A DNA stretch of 64,000 bases from Obrimoposthia wandeli (GCA_977020255.1 CDROCS010006901.1:124001-188000); one strand, 5' to 3'. Positions 17,378 through 30,790 are shown, counted from the first letter of the stretch. A program made the numbers and translations. Notes: generated by a model not told the origin, from the sequence alone.

Positions 17378-20300
17378 GTCAACTATGTGCTGTCAATCAG
17401 CACTCTCGAAATCAAATCGTGAGTCCGGCTTGGCGGCAGCTGCTACAACGGATCGATTTAAATTAATTGCACGTAAATGTGCTTACCTTTTTCTGCTGAC
17501 GTTTTTCTTTCTGCTGACGTTAGCAGATTTCTAAATTATTCCCGTTTTTTGCTTTTTGCACTTTTGGGTTAATTAACTTAACTTTTATACATTTCACACC
17601 ATACACGACCTTCGTGGTCCTCCTAATTTTTACCCTAAATTCCACTAATTTTGATTCTAAAACTAAATTTAATATTTTAATTTAATTTTCAACCTTGCTT
17701 TCAAGGATTTTTATTTTAGTATTTAATCGACTAAAATATTTAAATTTCTTAATTCTCAAACCTAACAATTTTATTAATTCTTGAATCTATAATTTGAGTT
17801 TCATCAAAAAATATTTTATTGAAAAATTATTCTTTAGGTTCAATTTTAAAAATATATAATATTAGGTATTGATATTTTAATAGTAAATGAGTTTAGAATA
17901 AAATAATGAATAGGGCTTGAAATAAAATTATGGGTAGGGTTATACGCATAGATGTATGTAAGCAATAGACTAATATATGGAATCAATATAGAAATATTAT
18001 TACAAATATTAGGAAGAAACTTTTGATTCCTACTTCAATTAGAGAAAATAATTATTTTTATTCATTTTTAGACCACATTGTAACTTTCTGCAACAAATAT
18101 CTGTGTTTCTGTGATTTTAACGAAGGTCGAAAATTTACTAGACCATAGTTTAAATTTAATAAACTTTTTCTAATTGGCCGTAGTTTAAAATTTATGAAAT
18201 CATATTGCAACTATTTGCAACTTATGTGCAAGTTGTATGCAATAAATGTCTTAGTTCTGAATTCCTTGAATTTAAATTTATGTAAACGCTTTCCACTCAC
18301 AAATAAAAGTAAATGAAATTACTCAAAATAAGCTATTTTTAAATTTGACAAATACTTCTAAAGAAAATAATCTTTGTGTTAAATTTTTTTAAAAATTGCT
18401 AAGCCTTTTAAAAATTTAAACCAAAATGATTTTTGGAGAAAAAATTGACGTTAACATTTAAAATTTGAATTTGCACACACAAATATTGATGCGTTTAAAG
18501 AAAATGAGATGAAAACTGACGTACTATATTACATACTGACCATCAAATTAAATTGGCTTTAACGTACTCGGCTGAAATTTGAGCTACATTCCATAACCTT
18601 AACGAACTCGATTAAAATATGTTCTACATATGGTTTCCATGGTAATGACAAATGTTCTCAAAATAAAACTGGTCTAGATCTCTCGGAAGGTACCCACAGG
18701 CTTTCTACTATTTGTTTAAGTATTCAGATCCTACTACTTACTACCGATAAGAAATTTTATTCAAATTTAAACAATACTCTTCAAAAAGTTTGTGTATCAA
18801 TAAGAAATTGATATATGCTTATTTTCTCGTTTAAAAAATCTATATCTATTATTAGTATTTTTTGACATATATGGATTTAATAGATAGAAATTTATACGAT
18901 ATCTAAAGAATATATTTCAATTACCATGTAGGTGTTATTGAGTTTTAATAATATTCGATTATACTTAATGTAAACTTATCTAATACAGGTTCCTCTAATG
19001 CTTTTTCTAACCCTTGTCATTAATTCATTTATTTATGTTTAATTTGATTTAAACTAAATGGGGTATTATTATTATGAATTATTATATTGTACACATACAT
19101 ATTTTGTAAGTATTTCATTATATATTCCTTATATATTTATCTGCACACCATTAGACTTATCTGAGGATACATACATACACACATACATAAATTTAAATAA
19201 AACACTATTCCCTATCGCTAATTTATTTTACTTAATTTTGATTCTTAAAGGTCTGGTGCTACTACTGACCCAACTACTCACCTGCTACTCATGTTGATGG
19301 TACTGAACCGTTTTACTGTATATTTAGTGGCAGTGTTATTAATAAAAGATGTTGAAATTTAAAATATATTTTTCTATAAAAAGAATTCAAATACAAATGT
19401 TGTAAAAATGTTGTACCTGTAATAATAAAAAATAACTTGTGTCTTTGTAGGTTGGTTCTCGAAAGTCTGACCAAGATTAGACTATGTGATTTATGATGGG
19501 CTTTAATAAGTAGTTTTTTATAAATTGAAGGAGGACCAAGTTTTGTGGTCTATCCTATAGTGACAATATGACCTTATGACCACCTTAAAAATACAAATCT
19601 AATATAGTAAATGGGAACACTTGCCAACGCAGTCGGCCATGATGAGTTATGCCATAATCGGAATGAAGGCACCTATCCGTTTAAAACGGATATACTAGGG
19701 AGAACGACCATGAAAAATGATGTGCTCATGAGAAACTTTCGTCGAACACCAGATAATGCAGACTGTAAAAAGGTGCTCATTGAAATACTGGTTTATATAA
19801 ATTATGATTCAACTTAAAATTTGTTTTTTAAAATTCTTAAGTTTAGTCATTTAAACGCTAATTAATTGTTCTTTGTGATATTTTCTCTGTTTATTAAAAT
19901 CTCGATCAATGTAACTGCACCTATAGTTGCAAATTAGGTATATAATAGGATGCCATTAAACTGAAGAATTTTTTTAAAACTATCAGAAATCCATGCTGAA
20001 AAACTCGAATATTTTATGTTTGTTTACTGAGAACGACAGCATCATTAAAATACAATAAGAATAGAGTTGAAGCTATGGTAAGAGACAGTTGACTACTCCC
20101 TTTAAGAGCAATCGAAGGTAAACTAAAGCCTGTACATGTTTGATGCTTATCGACAGATAACTCATCCAACCCTAAATTAATGAGGCATATGTTCAAAGAC
20201 AAGATTATTGACTTTCATTACCCTTAACACACCATTCCCAGACCAGTAGTTTTTCATATAGAGAAGCTCATGCAGCCTATTTTTGTTGTTGTTGTTGATG

Positions 20301-22034
20301 GTGTCAGCAATTATGGATGGTGGTATTAACTTTCTCTATTGGTTAGATGGAAAATCCCAAATGCATATTTGTTGACCCACGAAGAAAAGTATATATACCG
20401 CTGATTTTAAATAAACGAGGGAACAAATATAATTTTGGACTTAGGAGACAATCAAGGTACATTTTGTAATGATATTTTGCTAATAATTAAATTAAAAATT
20501 AAATTAAATTATTTTATTTAATCTCAAAAATAAATCAACTTGACAGAAACTACAATTTGATTTTGTACTTCAAAAAGTCAAAGTTTTAAAGTTAGGGGAA
20601 CTCTCAAACTCGTTAGTTAATCAGTTCTTTTGTCTATTTATTTATTATTAATATATCATTACATAATTTATTTATTCAATCATCAGTAATATCCATTTGA
20701 ATTTTAGTCTATATTGATTATGACTTCAATATATCGGATAAAACCAAAAACTGATAATATGTATCAGGAAGGTCATCAGATGGAGAGGAAAAGCCCTATT
20801 GAAAGTTCTGCACAATACCCCGACTTGCTATGTTTTGGCTATGAATTGGTAAAATATGCATTAGAAATGTTTGGAAGAAATGTTACAAAAAAACTCAATC
20901 AGTAAATGTATCTACTGTAATCAAACTGTTCATTAAACCTTATTTGATAAATGATTTTACGAATATATGTATTTTAGTTTTCAAATCTAATTATTACATG
21001 GAAAATATGATACAAGTGAATTTATAAAATTATGACTTACATGCCACAGTCTTCTTACACGTACTCACCAGACCTGACCAAAGTCCTAAAGTCAAAAATA
21101 ATATCGGAGTTAGAAGAATTTGTGACGTGGCTATCATATTTGAATGCCTGACGTGGTATTCGAATTCTGGGTTGTATGGATTAAATTTCACCACTGAAAT
21201 GAATACTTTCATTTTATAGCAACAGACCTTAAGTTTAGACAAAGGTATCATATTAATTTATCTATGCTAGAAAACAAGTGAAGCAGGTGAAGTAAATTTC
21301 TATCGTAAAATAACAGTAACATTTTCAATAAAATAATTTTATTCAGATGCTTGTCAATAATTTTTTTTGAAAAAAACAAAAAATAATTCGTATTGATTAG
21401 AAGAAACATATTTTATTTATAATTTTGCTTTTTTAACGAATTTGTTTGGAATATATATTAGTATTATCTTTTTGTTATAACAAAGATTATATTTTAATAT
21501 AAAAAACAATTTAAATTACAATTCAAGTTAAGTGTTTTGTTTGATACAATTACTTTATTAATAATTATTGAAAAATGTTATATGATTCGATTTTATCATA
21601 AAATATTTTACAATTAATTTAATTTAAAAAAAATATTTCAAAGTAATGATAATATTTGAATTTGAAATTTGATTTTTATCACAAGAAGTCTTTAAATGGA
21701 TTAAAAACGTAAATAATGAAACATTTTCACATTAACTTTATTGAGACTTTTACTTTAATCTTTTTGGATACCATCATATGATATTCTACTTAAACATTTC
21801 AATTATTAATCTAGTAAGTTGTTTCTAAAGTAATTATATATCAGATAAAAAACAAAAAAATTATTTCTTATTTTTTCTTGTGAAATGTGCAATAAATACG
21901 AAAATATGTTTTTATTTTTTCATTATTATTAAATTTAAACTAAAATTCAAGTTTTATTTGACCTTGAATTAAACGGTAATGACAATTTTGTTTCTTTTCT
22001 AGTATTTGTTTACAACTGATTGATTATTTTTAAA

Positions 22035-23865
22035 ATGGACGATAGTGACGTAAATTATATCAAAGTTTTTGAATTTGAAGATTCGGATCCTGTTGAAATA
22101 CCAATAGAAATAGATGATACCGTTTTGTTCAGTACTGTGGCTGGTCAGTTTCCTAGAATATGTGGATTGAAATATCGACCTCCAAATTCTTCAATGTCTT
22201 CATCTTATAGAGCCGTAAAGTTATCAGATGGAAAATTTTATATGCCTTCAGAAGGGTGGTATGATATTAAGATGATATGTGTTTTTGCCAAAGAAGGTGA
22301 TAATAAACGCAAATTTGTAGAAGATAATGAAATGTGTTCAAATGTCAAAACAAAACGCTTAGATGGTTCTACCAAAAAATGCACAGATTTGATAGTGTTA
22401 AATTTGGGTTGGAAGGTTGATGAGGAAGCTCTCAAAAGATATTTTAAGCAGTGGGGAGAGGTTGTACTTGTTCAAATAAAGCGTGATAGAGATAGTGGAC
22501 AAAGTAGAGGATATGGATTTGTAAGATATGCTGACTATGAGAGCCAAGTAGATTGTTTGATGACTGATAGACACATTATTGATGGTAGAGCATGTGCTGT
22601 TAAAGTTCCATTTAGTAAAGTAAGCAATGATTTTAAAATATATCTTCATTTATTTTTATAAAATTTAGGCTGAAGCTGATAAACAAGAGATTTACAAAAA
22701 AATTCACGTTTCATACTCTTCAGATGAAGTAACAGCGGAAGATCTTCGTAGCGCATTCGAAGAGTATGGTCACGTTGTAGACATTTTCGTTCCGAAACCG
22801 TTTAGAAATTTTGCATTCGTCACATTTGAGAGTAATGAAGTAGCACAAACGCTGATAGGAAAGAGTGTAGTCGTAAAGGGTCACAGCTTGACGATTGGAA
22901 GCGCTGTACCGAAGATTACGGGCACAAACAATGGTATGGGGATGGGAATGAATAGCGGCGGAGGTATGGGTAGACGTGGTGGAAGCGGCAATGCGTATGA
23001 TTACAGGTGAGCACCTTCGCATGACTTCATTAACTTACAGGGGAAGCTGTAACCCAGCGATGCTGCTTGTTTGTTCATCAGATGTTAAATGTGTTTCTAT
23101 TGCAGTTCCTTTATCAACTCGAGTGGCGTCGATACGCGCTACGGCTGGGGTGGATACGATGGAGGTTACGGCTATAAATCTAGTGGAAATGGACGCCAGT
23201 CGTACTCGAGACAGCAGCAACAACAGCAGCAACAACAACAGCAGCAGCAATATGGGGGAGGCGGTTACCCAATGTCATCTTACATGACCGCGGCCGCAGG
23301 ACCTAGTCGCATGCCTCAAGTAATACCCCGGATCCATATTTCTCAATTAACAGCCGAAATAATTCAACTTCTGTAGATTTTTCAATAAATAATACGTCAA
23401 TTACGATAATACCAATTTGCAGACACAAGAAACTCTAATGTCAGATTTTATAAACTTTTATAATTACTGAAAAATTCTCAAAATCGAAATAAATAGTACT
23501 TGTAAATATGTTTCTCAGCAGAGCAATTCTGACAATAATTATAGTTTTCTAAGTTAAAATAATTTATTAATCGTCCTAGATTAAGAACTGAAATATTTTT
23601 CAATTTAACTATTTATTAAATAGCTGCATTTAATGTCCAATTTACTCTTCTGAACCAGGAAATGATGATGAGTCACACTGCTCCCGACATGGTGGGTCAG
23701 AGCACTGCAGCAATGGCCGCCCTAAACATCCTCAACAACCCCGATGTTGTAGCGGCCATCGTTGCAGCGGCGGCCGCCTCCAATGGCGCAGGACAGATGA
23801 AGGGTGGATCACAACAGCTCAAGTACTCGAACTCTGCGCCAGGCAATGGATCCGGCTCTATGTAG
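22035..23865 (+). CDS. TARDBP: TAR DNA-binding protein 43 orthologue; exons 22035-22619, 22669-23006, 23106-23319, 23659-23865 (447 aa)
   Basis: NTD (VEIPIEIDDTVLFSTVAGQFP..GLKYR), RRM1 (DLIVLNLGW..SRGYGFVRY), RRM2 (DIFVPKPFRNFAFVTF), G/Q-rich tail with a NPDVVAAIVAAAAA helix; GT-AG introns keep the frame (1344 nt). Confidence 0.92.
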
Positions 23866-26621
23866 ATTTTCTGTGAGTTATAAATTGCCCTATTAGTAGT
23901 CGAACAAAAGCACAGATAAACGTAACGTCTGATATTTTGACATTACCATTATTTCCTACATACAATTTGATATACTTTTTTATACAGATTTTGGTATAAA
24001 TTAAAATTGTATTGATTAGCAGGTTCTAACCTGATACTTCTTTTGAATGTATTGTAACAGATCAAATTACTGATGATGTAATTTGTGTGTGAATTCTTAG
24101 AAAACGAAGTCATAGTAACAAAGCTCGATGTTAACGAACGACGTGAATGTATTAGTGGATTCTACTGATGATAACCTTGATGTTGCAGATGAGTGGTCGC
24201 GATACACAAGCACTGATGATGGCTGTTGGTGCGGTTGGTGCCGAGGATGTTGCGACAATGACTGACTAATGGTTTCTGGCTGACTCTACCGCTGCTTGTG
24301 TATGGATTTACGACCAATGTCTGTGTATATAACTTTGATTGTCTGTCGGCATACTTTTAATGCCTTGTTGAATTTTTCGTGTTGTAGTACATTAACCATT
24401 TAATTTCAATATAACAATTCTCTTATTATTTAGTTTGAATGCTAATTAAAATATATTTCCCTTCAATTTTAAATAAAGGGATGATTGAATTATTTATAAT
24501 GGAAATTATTTATACTAATTGTTAAATATCCGACAATGTAAGTTAAAATACTTTATAAATTAAATGTATCAAAACATTTGTGTTTTTAATTTGTTTATGA
24601 GTACAACATTTAAAACTTCTGGTTCTTTTTACAATTACGTAGTAATTATAAAAAGAAGAGAAAACTGCTATTATTGTACAGTATATTAATCGTGGTCTAT
24701 ATTCATAGTTAAACAGCTTCAGACAGTTAGAATTGGTAAATTATACGCAAACATGACACTCAAAAGGATTTGTTCCAGCTGCGTATTTAGAAAGATATTT
24801 ATTTAATATCTATTAATTTATTAGTACTAAGTTAAGGTTAAACAAAATATTACTTTTAAATATTTTGATTAAATTATATGAACTGTTACAGAGAAAAGAA
24901 TACGGTTATTTCAATAAATACTTTAATGCAATTGTTAACAAAATATTTTTGCGGTTTTCTAATTGTTTCTTAAACTTTTTCAGATGTCAAATATTAAAAT
25001 TAACTTATTAGACAGTTTTAATTATCTTTGATTATCTATCAACTTCCATCTTAAAACCGGTTAATAAATTTGTTCTTTATATCGGTTTTATATTGTGTAG
25101 TAGAAATTACAACATATTTCTATAAACTTATTATTTACTGTGGACTTATTGTTCTATTCAAGTTTCATAAATAGATAATAATCACCTTATTGAAGTTCCA
25201 AATTATTTTTTTTCAAATTCGACACTTATTTTAAACCTAAGATTTTCGTACTCTGTAAAATTATATCTAACAGCATTTGACAAACTTTTGTAGGATAGGT
25301 ATCATTTTTAGAAATCTCACCATTTTTAATTTCATATAGTTTTTGCTACAAAAAAAGAATTATGATCATAATGCAATTACTGACATTTAGGTATATAATT
25401 ACATAGGATTGGATAATGACGTTGAAGTCAAAAAATTTATATGAAATTGATTTTACAACACTAACATTCAAATTAGTAAAAAAAATAAGTTTCTAACATA
25501 CTTCTATAATATTTTTGTTCTACGTCAGCGACATTAAATAATAAGTAATTTTATTAAAATTATTCTAATTTCGTTGATTATTGAAATGTATTCTAATCCA
25601 AATATATATGTAAAACCAAAAATACTCCAAATTTGGTGTAGAAAAAGTAAATGATTTACAAATTTTAGTATATACAAAAATTGCCTCAAATAATTAGGCA
25701 TTCTAAAATTTAATAAATGCTGTATGGCTGTATTTGTATTTAAACTATTTATATGATAATTTTTAAATAGTAATATAATACTTACATATTCTGACATACA
25801 ACTTTCCCCTTCATAACGAGTTAGACAGATCAATTTACATGAAATTTAGCCTAATCACTCCAAATGTTTTGGTTTGGTAAATTTTCATTCAGCCAACATT
25901 TCATCGAATGCTTCACAAAATTGTTTGATCCAAATCGTACTGAAATAGTCATAAACGAAGAATGTACATTCAAATGCATTCTTTCTAATTGTGCTGTAGG
26001 ATTTATATGCTGAGTTTTGTATTATTTTTCACTCATTGGATGATACACCTACAACCCGTTTGAAAAGTTTTATTTTAGTGTATTCCTCATCCAGTCAACA
26101 TTTTAAAATGAATAATTCCTAAAGCATCTTGTACTCGAATGAATTTTGTTCATCTACCAAGAGATGTCTTTGACAGTAAGTTTTCACTCCACATCTTGAA
26201 TACAACTTCTCTTTTCTAGTTCTGTAGCACTGGTCATAAATTAGTATTAAAAAACAGATAATAAAATCAATTAAGTAATACCTAATTTCTCTGTTTCGAT
26301 TTTGATCAATTCCAAACGTTTTCGAAACCTTTTCGTTAGCTATTTTTCAGAGAATTCAGCCAGTAAGTTTTTCTTCATTGTATATTTTTGTAAATTTTCA
26401 TTTCTTAGACATGATTAATACTTTATTATAAATTGATATTTCATTTTAGTTATCGTTTATAATGCTTCATGCTTATTCATTTATCATGATTAGTAAAGGC
26501 AAAATTATATTATAGTTACAGCTTACACTGATTATTTTTTGTATTATTTTTTAAAAGCTATAATTGGAAGAAATACGGTACTTAGAATTACGTAGAACTT
26601 TTAACGGAAGTGTTGCCTTTA

Positions 26622-26678
26622 ATCCTAATAATTGCCTGAGCTGGCAATCTGATGAGGACAGCAGTCTGAAATTAGGAT
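26622..26678 (+). ncRNA. Type III hammerhead ribozyme (unit 1); predicted cleavage after 26630
   Basis: ATCCTAA-TA-ATTGCC-TGAGCT-GGCAAT-CTGATGA-GGAC-AGCA-GTCT-GAAA-TTAGGAT: stem III 7 bp, AUA triplet, stem I 6 bp, stem II 4 bp, intact CUGAUGA and GAAA cores. Confidence 0.93.
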
Positions 26679-27610
26679 AACCTGGAGTTCGTGTATTATT
26701 ATGGGAGTGAAACCGTTTACAACAGCGGTTCTCAAACTCAGGAACTGTTAGGTTCTATGTGAAGGTAATAAAATTAATTTAATTAAGAAAACTTAAAAAC
26801 GTTCTATGACAGATCTGTTTTTTAAAGAATTGGCACAGAAATGCTGTCACAAGATCTACATGACATTAAAAATGATTTTTTTTAAAACGTTGCAATGTTT
26901 AATATAAAATTATAAATTAAAAACAACTGGTTTATTACTTCAGGTACATATATTAATAGTTATCTTAATTAGAAAGTCAGTGTTACTGTTTGATTCTTTG
27001 CAGCAACCGGGATTTCATATATGCTTTTACCACATTTAACTTTGTTAATACCTATCTGGGTAAAAAGAAAGTCGTTCGTTTGCTTCGGTGTCTCTAGATA
27101 CTGTTGTAACTCTTCATATTTGTCAATACCTGTTTCTGACTGATGAAAGACCCAAAATACATCTACAGATACCTCTAAATTATCTATCATTACATAGTTA
27201 GAGAAATCAAATAGCAAAAGCCCTAAGGTCTTTAATTTCATGAGTTATGTTCTTTTGAAAACGATTATTTACAATTCAAAATTGACATCAATAAAATTAA
27301 TTTAAAAAATTAGGTAAAATATCAATGTTAAGGTCCCAGGCAGCTACATCAGCGTCATCCGTGTGGCTTTTCTTTGTTTGGTAGCACATGAGGTTTAGAA
27401 AATGTCTCAAGAATGGAAACAGTCACTGGATTGGGTTTTTATCGCAATAATGATATTTCATTAAATTTGTTAAAAATTTGTTTTTAAATTCATTATGTAT
27501 TTGGTTAACTCAAGATGTTTCTGTTTAGAAGATATTGTAAAACGGAATTTGTTGAAAGTTTGGTTACGCTATAACCTAGATGGGTCAGATTGTGTCAAGT
27601 TTTACGGGTA

Positions 27611-27773
27611 CGATCTTAGTAAGGACCACTAACTAGAAGTCGATCTTAGTAAGGACCACTAACTAGAAGTCGATCTTAGTAAGGACCACTAACTAGAAGT
27701 CGATCTTAGTAAGGACCACTAACTAGAAGTCGATCTTAGTAAGGACCACTAACTAGAAGTCGATCTTAGTAAG
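27611..27773. repeat. 30-bp VNTR (5 full copies; also 37952-38114 x5, 48281-48473 x6, 58647-58869 x7)
   Basis: Unit CGATCTTAGTAAGGACCACTAACTAGAAGT. Confidence 0.95.
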
Positions 27774-30152
27774 TCGACGTCTAGCTGGTGAAAGTTCATT
27801 AATGATGTGGGTTGCAATATGTGGCAGTAAAAGTCAGATTTGCAATTAGACACAGAAAACTTGAATACAGTGGAGTAATCCTTAGGCGACTGACAAACCT
27901 TCCTTAATAGCCGATTTGCTACTGAAGTGACGTGCCTTTTTAGCGTCGCTCTGGTGTATTTGAACAATATTAACCTAAATCTGGATATTACTGGCATGAC
28001 GTGTTTACAAAAACGGTTGTCAATTTAAATCAAAGAATGAAATTATTGATCAGAAAATATTTATTTATGCTTTGACAGAGATTAGGTATTACAATTTACC
28101 GAAAGCATGACCACATAAAGGCTTTGCTACAAAATATTGTAACGAAATAAATTTATTATTTAGCGTTTCTTGTAACCTGTTAATTTTCTATTTAAATGAT
28201 TTGGTATAATATTTAAATTTTGTTAGAAATCGCTTATTTAATTAAGGGATTTATCTTATAAATTGCACGAAACAAATTGAAATAATGAATTAAATAAGTA
28301 TAATTTATTATGAATCTCGCGGAATTTTTGTTATTTATTACTGTTTGCAACTGATTCGACTGTTGTATAAGAATGATTTATGAAAAGATAAATATTTGAA
28401 ATGTAAGTCTCTAGATTTTACATATAAATACATTGGTGGACATTTCATCTTGAATATATAGCAAAATCGATTGAAATTTTATAAATGTTTTTAAACATAA
28501 TTTAAACCTTTTTAACTCACTGTCATTTGATTGAAATTTGTGTGTGAGTGACAAATCGGGCATCTTCAGATATGCTAATTACAGGAAGTTGGCTCGACTG
28601 GTATATGTGGCCACTCGTGAGACTATTGGGATCCAGACCTCATCAATGGACAATATGGCGGTTCAATCATTTGAGAAGAGTCCATTGCACTTTTAGTGCT
28701 CTAGTTTGAATATACCGACAACTAATAAATTTCTATCTCTAGTCTGACATTTTTAATAAAGAATTATGAAAAGATTGGCACTCTAATTGAGATGTGTACT
28801 TTTTTCAAGCTAACTCTTTTTTGTTTACTTTTAATTTTGGATTTATGTTTCTGAAGTACATCCTAACGACGAACATTTTTTATTTCAATAATATTAGAAC
28901 ATTTCGCTGTGTTGTTGACTGAATAATTTTTTAAATTTTATGCAATTTTATTTAAGTGCTTATTTTTTATTATTTAACTGTTTTTCGGTATACAATTTGT
29001 ATTATTTTAATATAAAAAGCTAATATTTATTTAATATATTTTGTACTCTGGTTGTTCTGTTTTTCAGTGATGTTGTTTAATGAAAATATTCTGATCCTAA
29101 ACAAGTAGAATAAAAGAGCACCATTGTGAAATTCGGGTTAGTCCGATGATCAGGTAAAAAGTTATTCTATAAGTTATGCATTTTTTAGTATAAATATCTA
29201 AACATTTAGTCATTTTAATTAATATTCATTGCGTGTTTTGATATAATTTTTTAAAATATTTTTTAAATTCTCCCCACAGGGGTTGAAATTTTAACAGAAC
29301 TTTTGAAGATTTATCTAATTTGTCTAATAAATGACCTGGTTCTATCTGTACAATCAGCCGATTTATCTTATATTTTTTGATGCGGAGCGATTGAATTAGT
29401 ACTGGTGCACATTGATGTACTATGTTACGAGTAATTTGGTGTTGAAATTACTTGGGTGTCTTTATGGGTTTAATATAGCTGATTTTAAATATTATACATG
29501 TATATTACAATATTTTATTTATCTTCTTATTTACTTTTAAATATTAGATTTTTATTTTATATTTATTCTTATTTAATTTAAATATAGTTTAAACAATTTA
29601 TTACATCAATTTATTCTTCTTAATTACGAAATTAGAATATTTTATTCTATTTCTTTTCAATTTATTATATTATTTCATAAAATATCCTTGTTTAAACGCA
29701 TCATTTATGGGCATCCATGCAGTACCAACGTGGTACCCTTTGCCTGCTAAATATTTTTACAGTGCCTAAAAATATTTTTTGCAGTGCCTAAAATTGACAT
29801 TTCCCATAATTTCTAAAGCCCACATTAACTTTTTAAACTCAATTTTAAATACATTCTTTCCTTTTTACAAAGCCTTCTTTCTGTTCAAATGCAGATTAGG
29901 ATGCTTACTTTCTTGTAAAATTAAATTTAGGTTGCCCACTTTCTTTCGAAAGCTAATTTATGATGTCTACTTTCGGTTAAAATCAAAATTTTATATGCCT
30001 AATTTCTATTAAAATGCAAATTACAATGCCCATTTTATTTTAAAAGGAAATGTACGATGCCCACAATCTCTTTAAATGAATATAACGATGCCCACTTGCT
30101 TTATAAATAATTTGACGATCCCTTCTTCTCTTTTAAAATAAATTTAGATGTC

Positions 30153-30790
30153 CACACTGCACACATGTCACAAAAAGGGACAACCTAACCCTAAAAAACC
30201 CAGAAGATAATAAGTGTTATGAAAACGGTTTTCAAAAACGGATTCCCCGTCACAAATTGTGTACTACTCTAGAATTTCAGTGAAAGAAAATATTATTTAG
30301 TGCCCCAGTGAAAAAATAGGCGTGTAATTTGCATTATGTGATACCTGTGCAGATTATCTTTCAAAGGGATTTTAAGACACTGCTTTCGAAGTTTTAAAAT
30401 GTGTAGAACTTGTTTCTAGACTATTTCAGACACGGGCTACACGCTCATTTTAACGACAACTAAATTTAGTATATTTTTCATGTGTCTATAGGCCTACACT
30501 GCACAATTGTCACAAAAAGGCACAACCTAACCCTAGAAAACCAAGAAGATAATAAGTGTTATGAAAACAGTTTTCAGAAATGGATTCCCCGTGTCACGTT
30601 GTGTTATAATCCAGAGTTTCAGTTAAAGAAAATATTTATAGGTGCCCCGGTGAAAAAATAGGCGTGTAAATTGCATTAACTGGTACATGTGCACATATAT
30701 TTTCAATAGGATTTTGAGACATTGCTTTCGGATTTCTAAATTGTGTCGAACTTAGTTCTAGACTATATCTGTAACGGGCTACATGATGGT
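30153..30790. repeat. ~340-bp imperfect tandem duplication (present in every unit)
   Basis: ACACTGCACA..GTCACAAAAAGG..CAACCTAACCCTA..AAAATAGGCGTGTAA..ACGGGCTACA occurs twice. Confidence 0.85.

Larger units (their letters stand above)
1..17767 (-). mobile_element. Giant env-bearing Ty3/Gypsy (Metaviridae-like) LTR retroelement; left (3') LTR truncated by the window edge
   Basis: Direct repeat 1-403 = 17365-17767; PBS next to the right LTR and PPT next to the left LTR; gag, PR-RT-RH-IN order; Gypsy-type motifs LDLQSGYWQI, MPFGL, YIDD, TDAS, GPY; a single CCHC knuckle (BEL/Pao elements typically have three). Confidence 0.97.
15290..17767 (-). repeat. 5' LTR (~2478 bp)
   Basis: Termini TGTTGGG...CCTAACA form an imperfect inverted repeat; inner end is 8 nt from the PBS; outer 403 bp match positions 1-403. 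Confidence 0.85.

Noticed and set aside
17768-17773. Target-site duplication
   Set aside because: The other end of the element is outside the window, so it cannot be tested
17767-22035. Functional link between the Gypsy insertion and TDP-43 (a known retroelement repressor in flies)
   Set aside because: Only proximity (4.3 kb); the LTR points away from the gene; no sequence evidence of interaction
27079-27095. Second CTGATGA motif in each unit
   Set aside because: No stem II-GAAA or flanking stems, so it is not a hammerhead
27611-27773. 30-bp repeats with a small palindrome resembling a CRISPR array
   Set aside because: Repeats are contiguous with no unique spacers; eukaryotic context and no cas genes
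25534-27997. Minus-strand short ORFs and exon-like pieces in the first part of each unit
   Set aside because: Interrupted by stops or frame differences between units and no identifiable homology; a decayed gene is possible but unsupported
30181-30195. CCTAACCCTAA telomere-like motif
   Set aside because: Fewer than two full repeats; part of the 340-bp duplication
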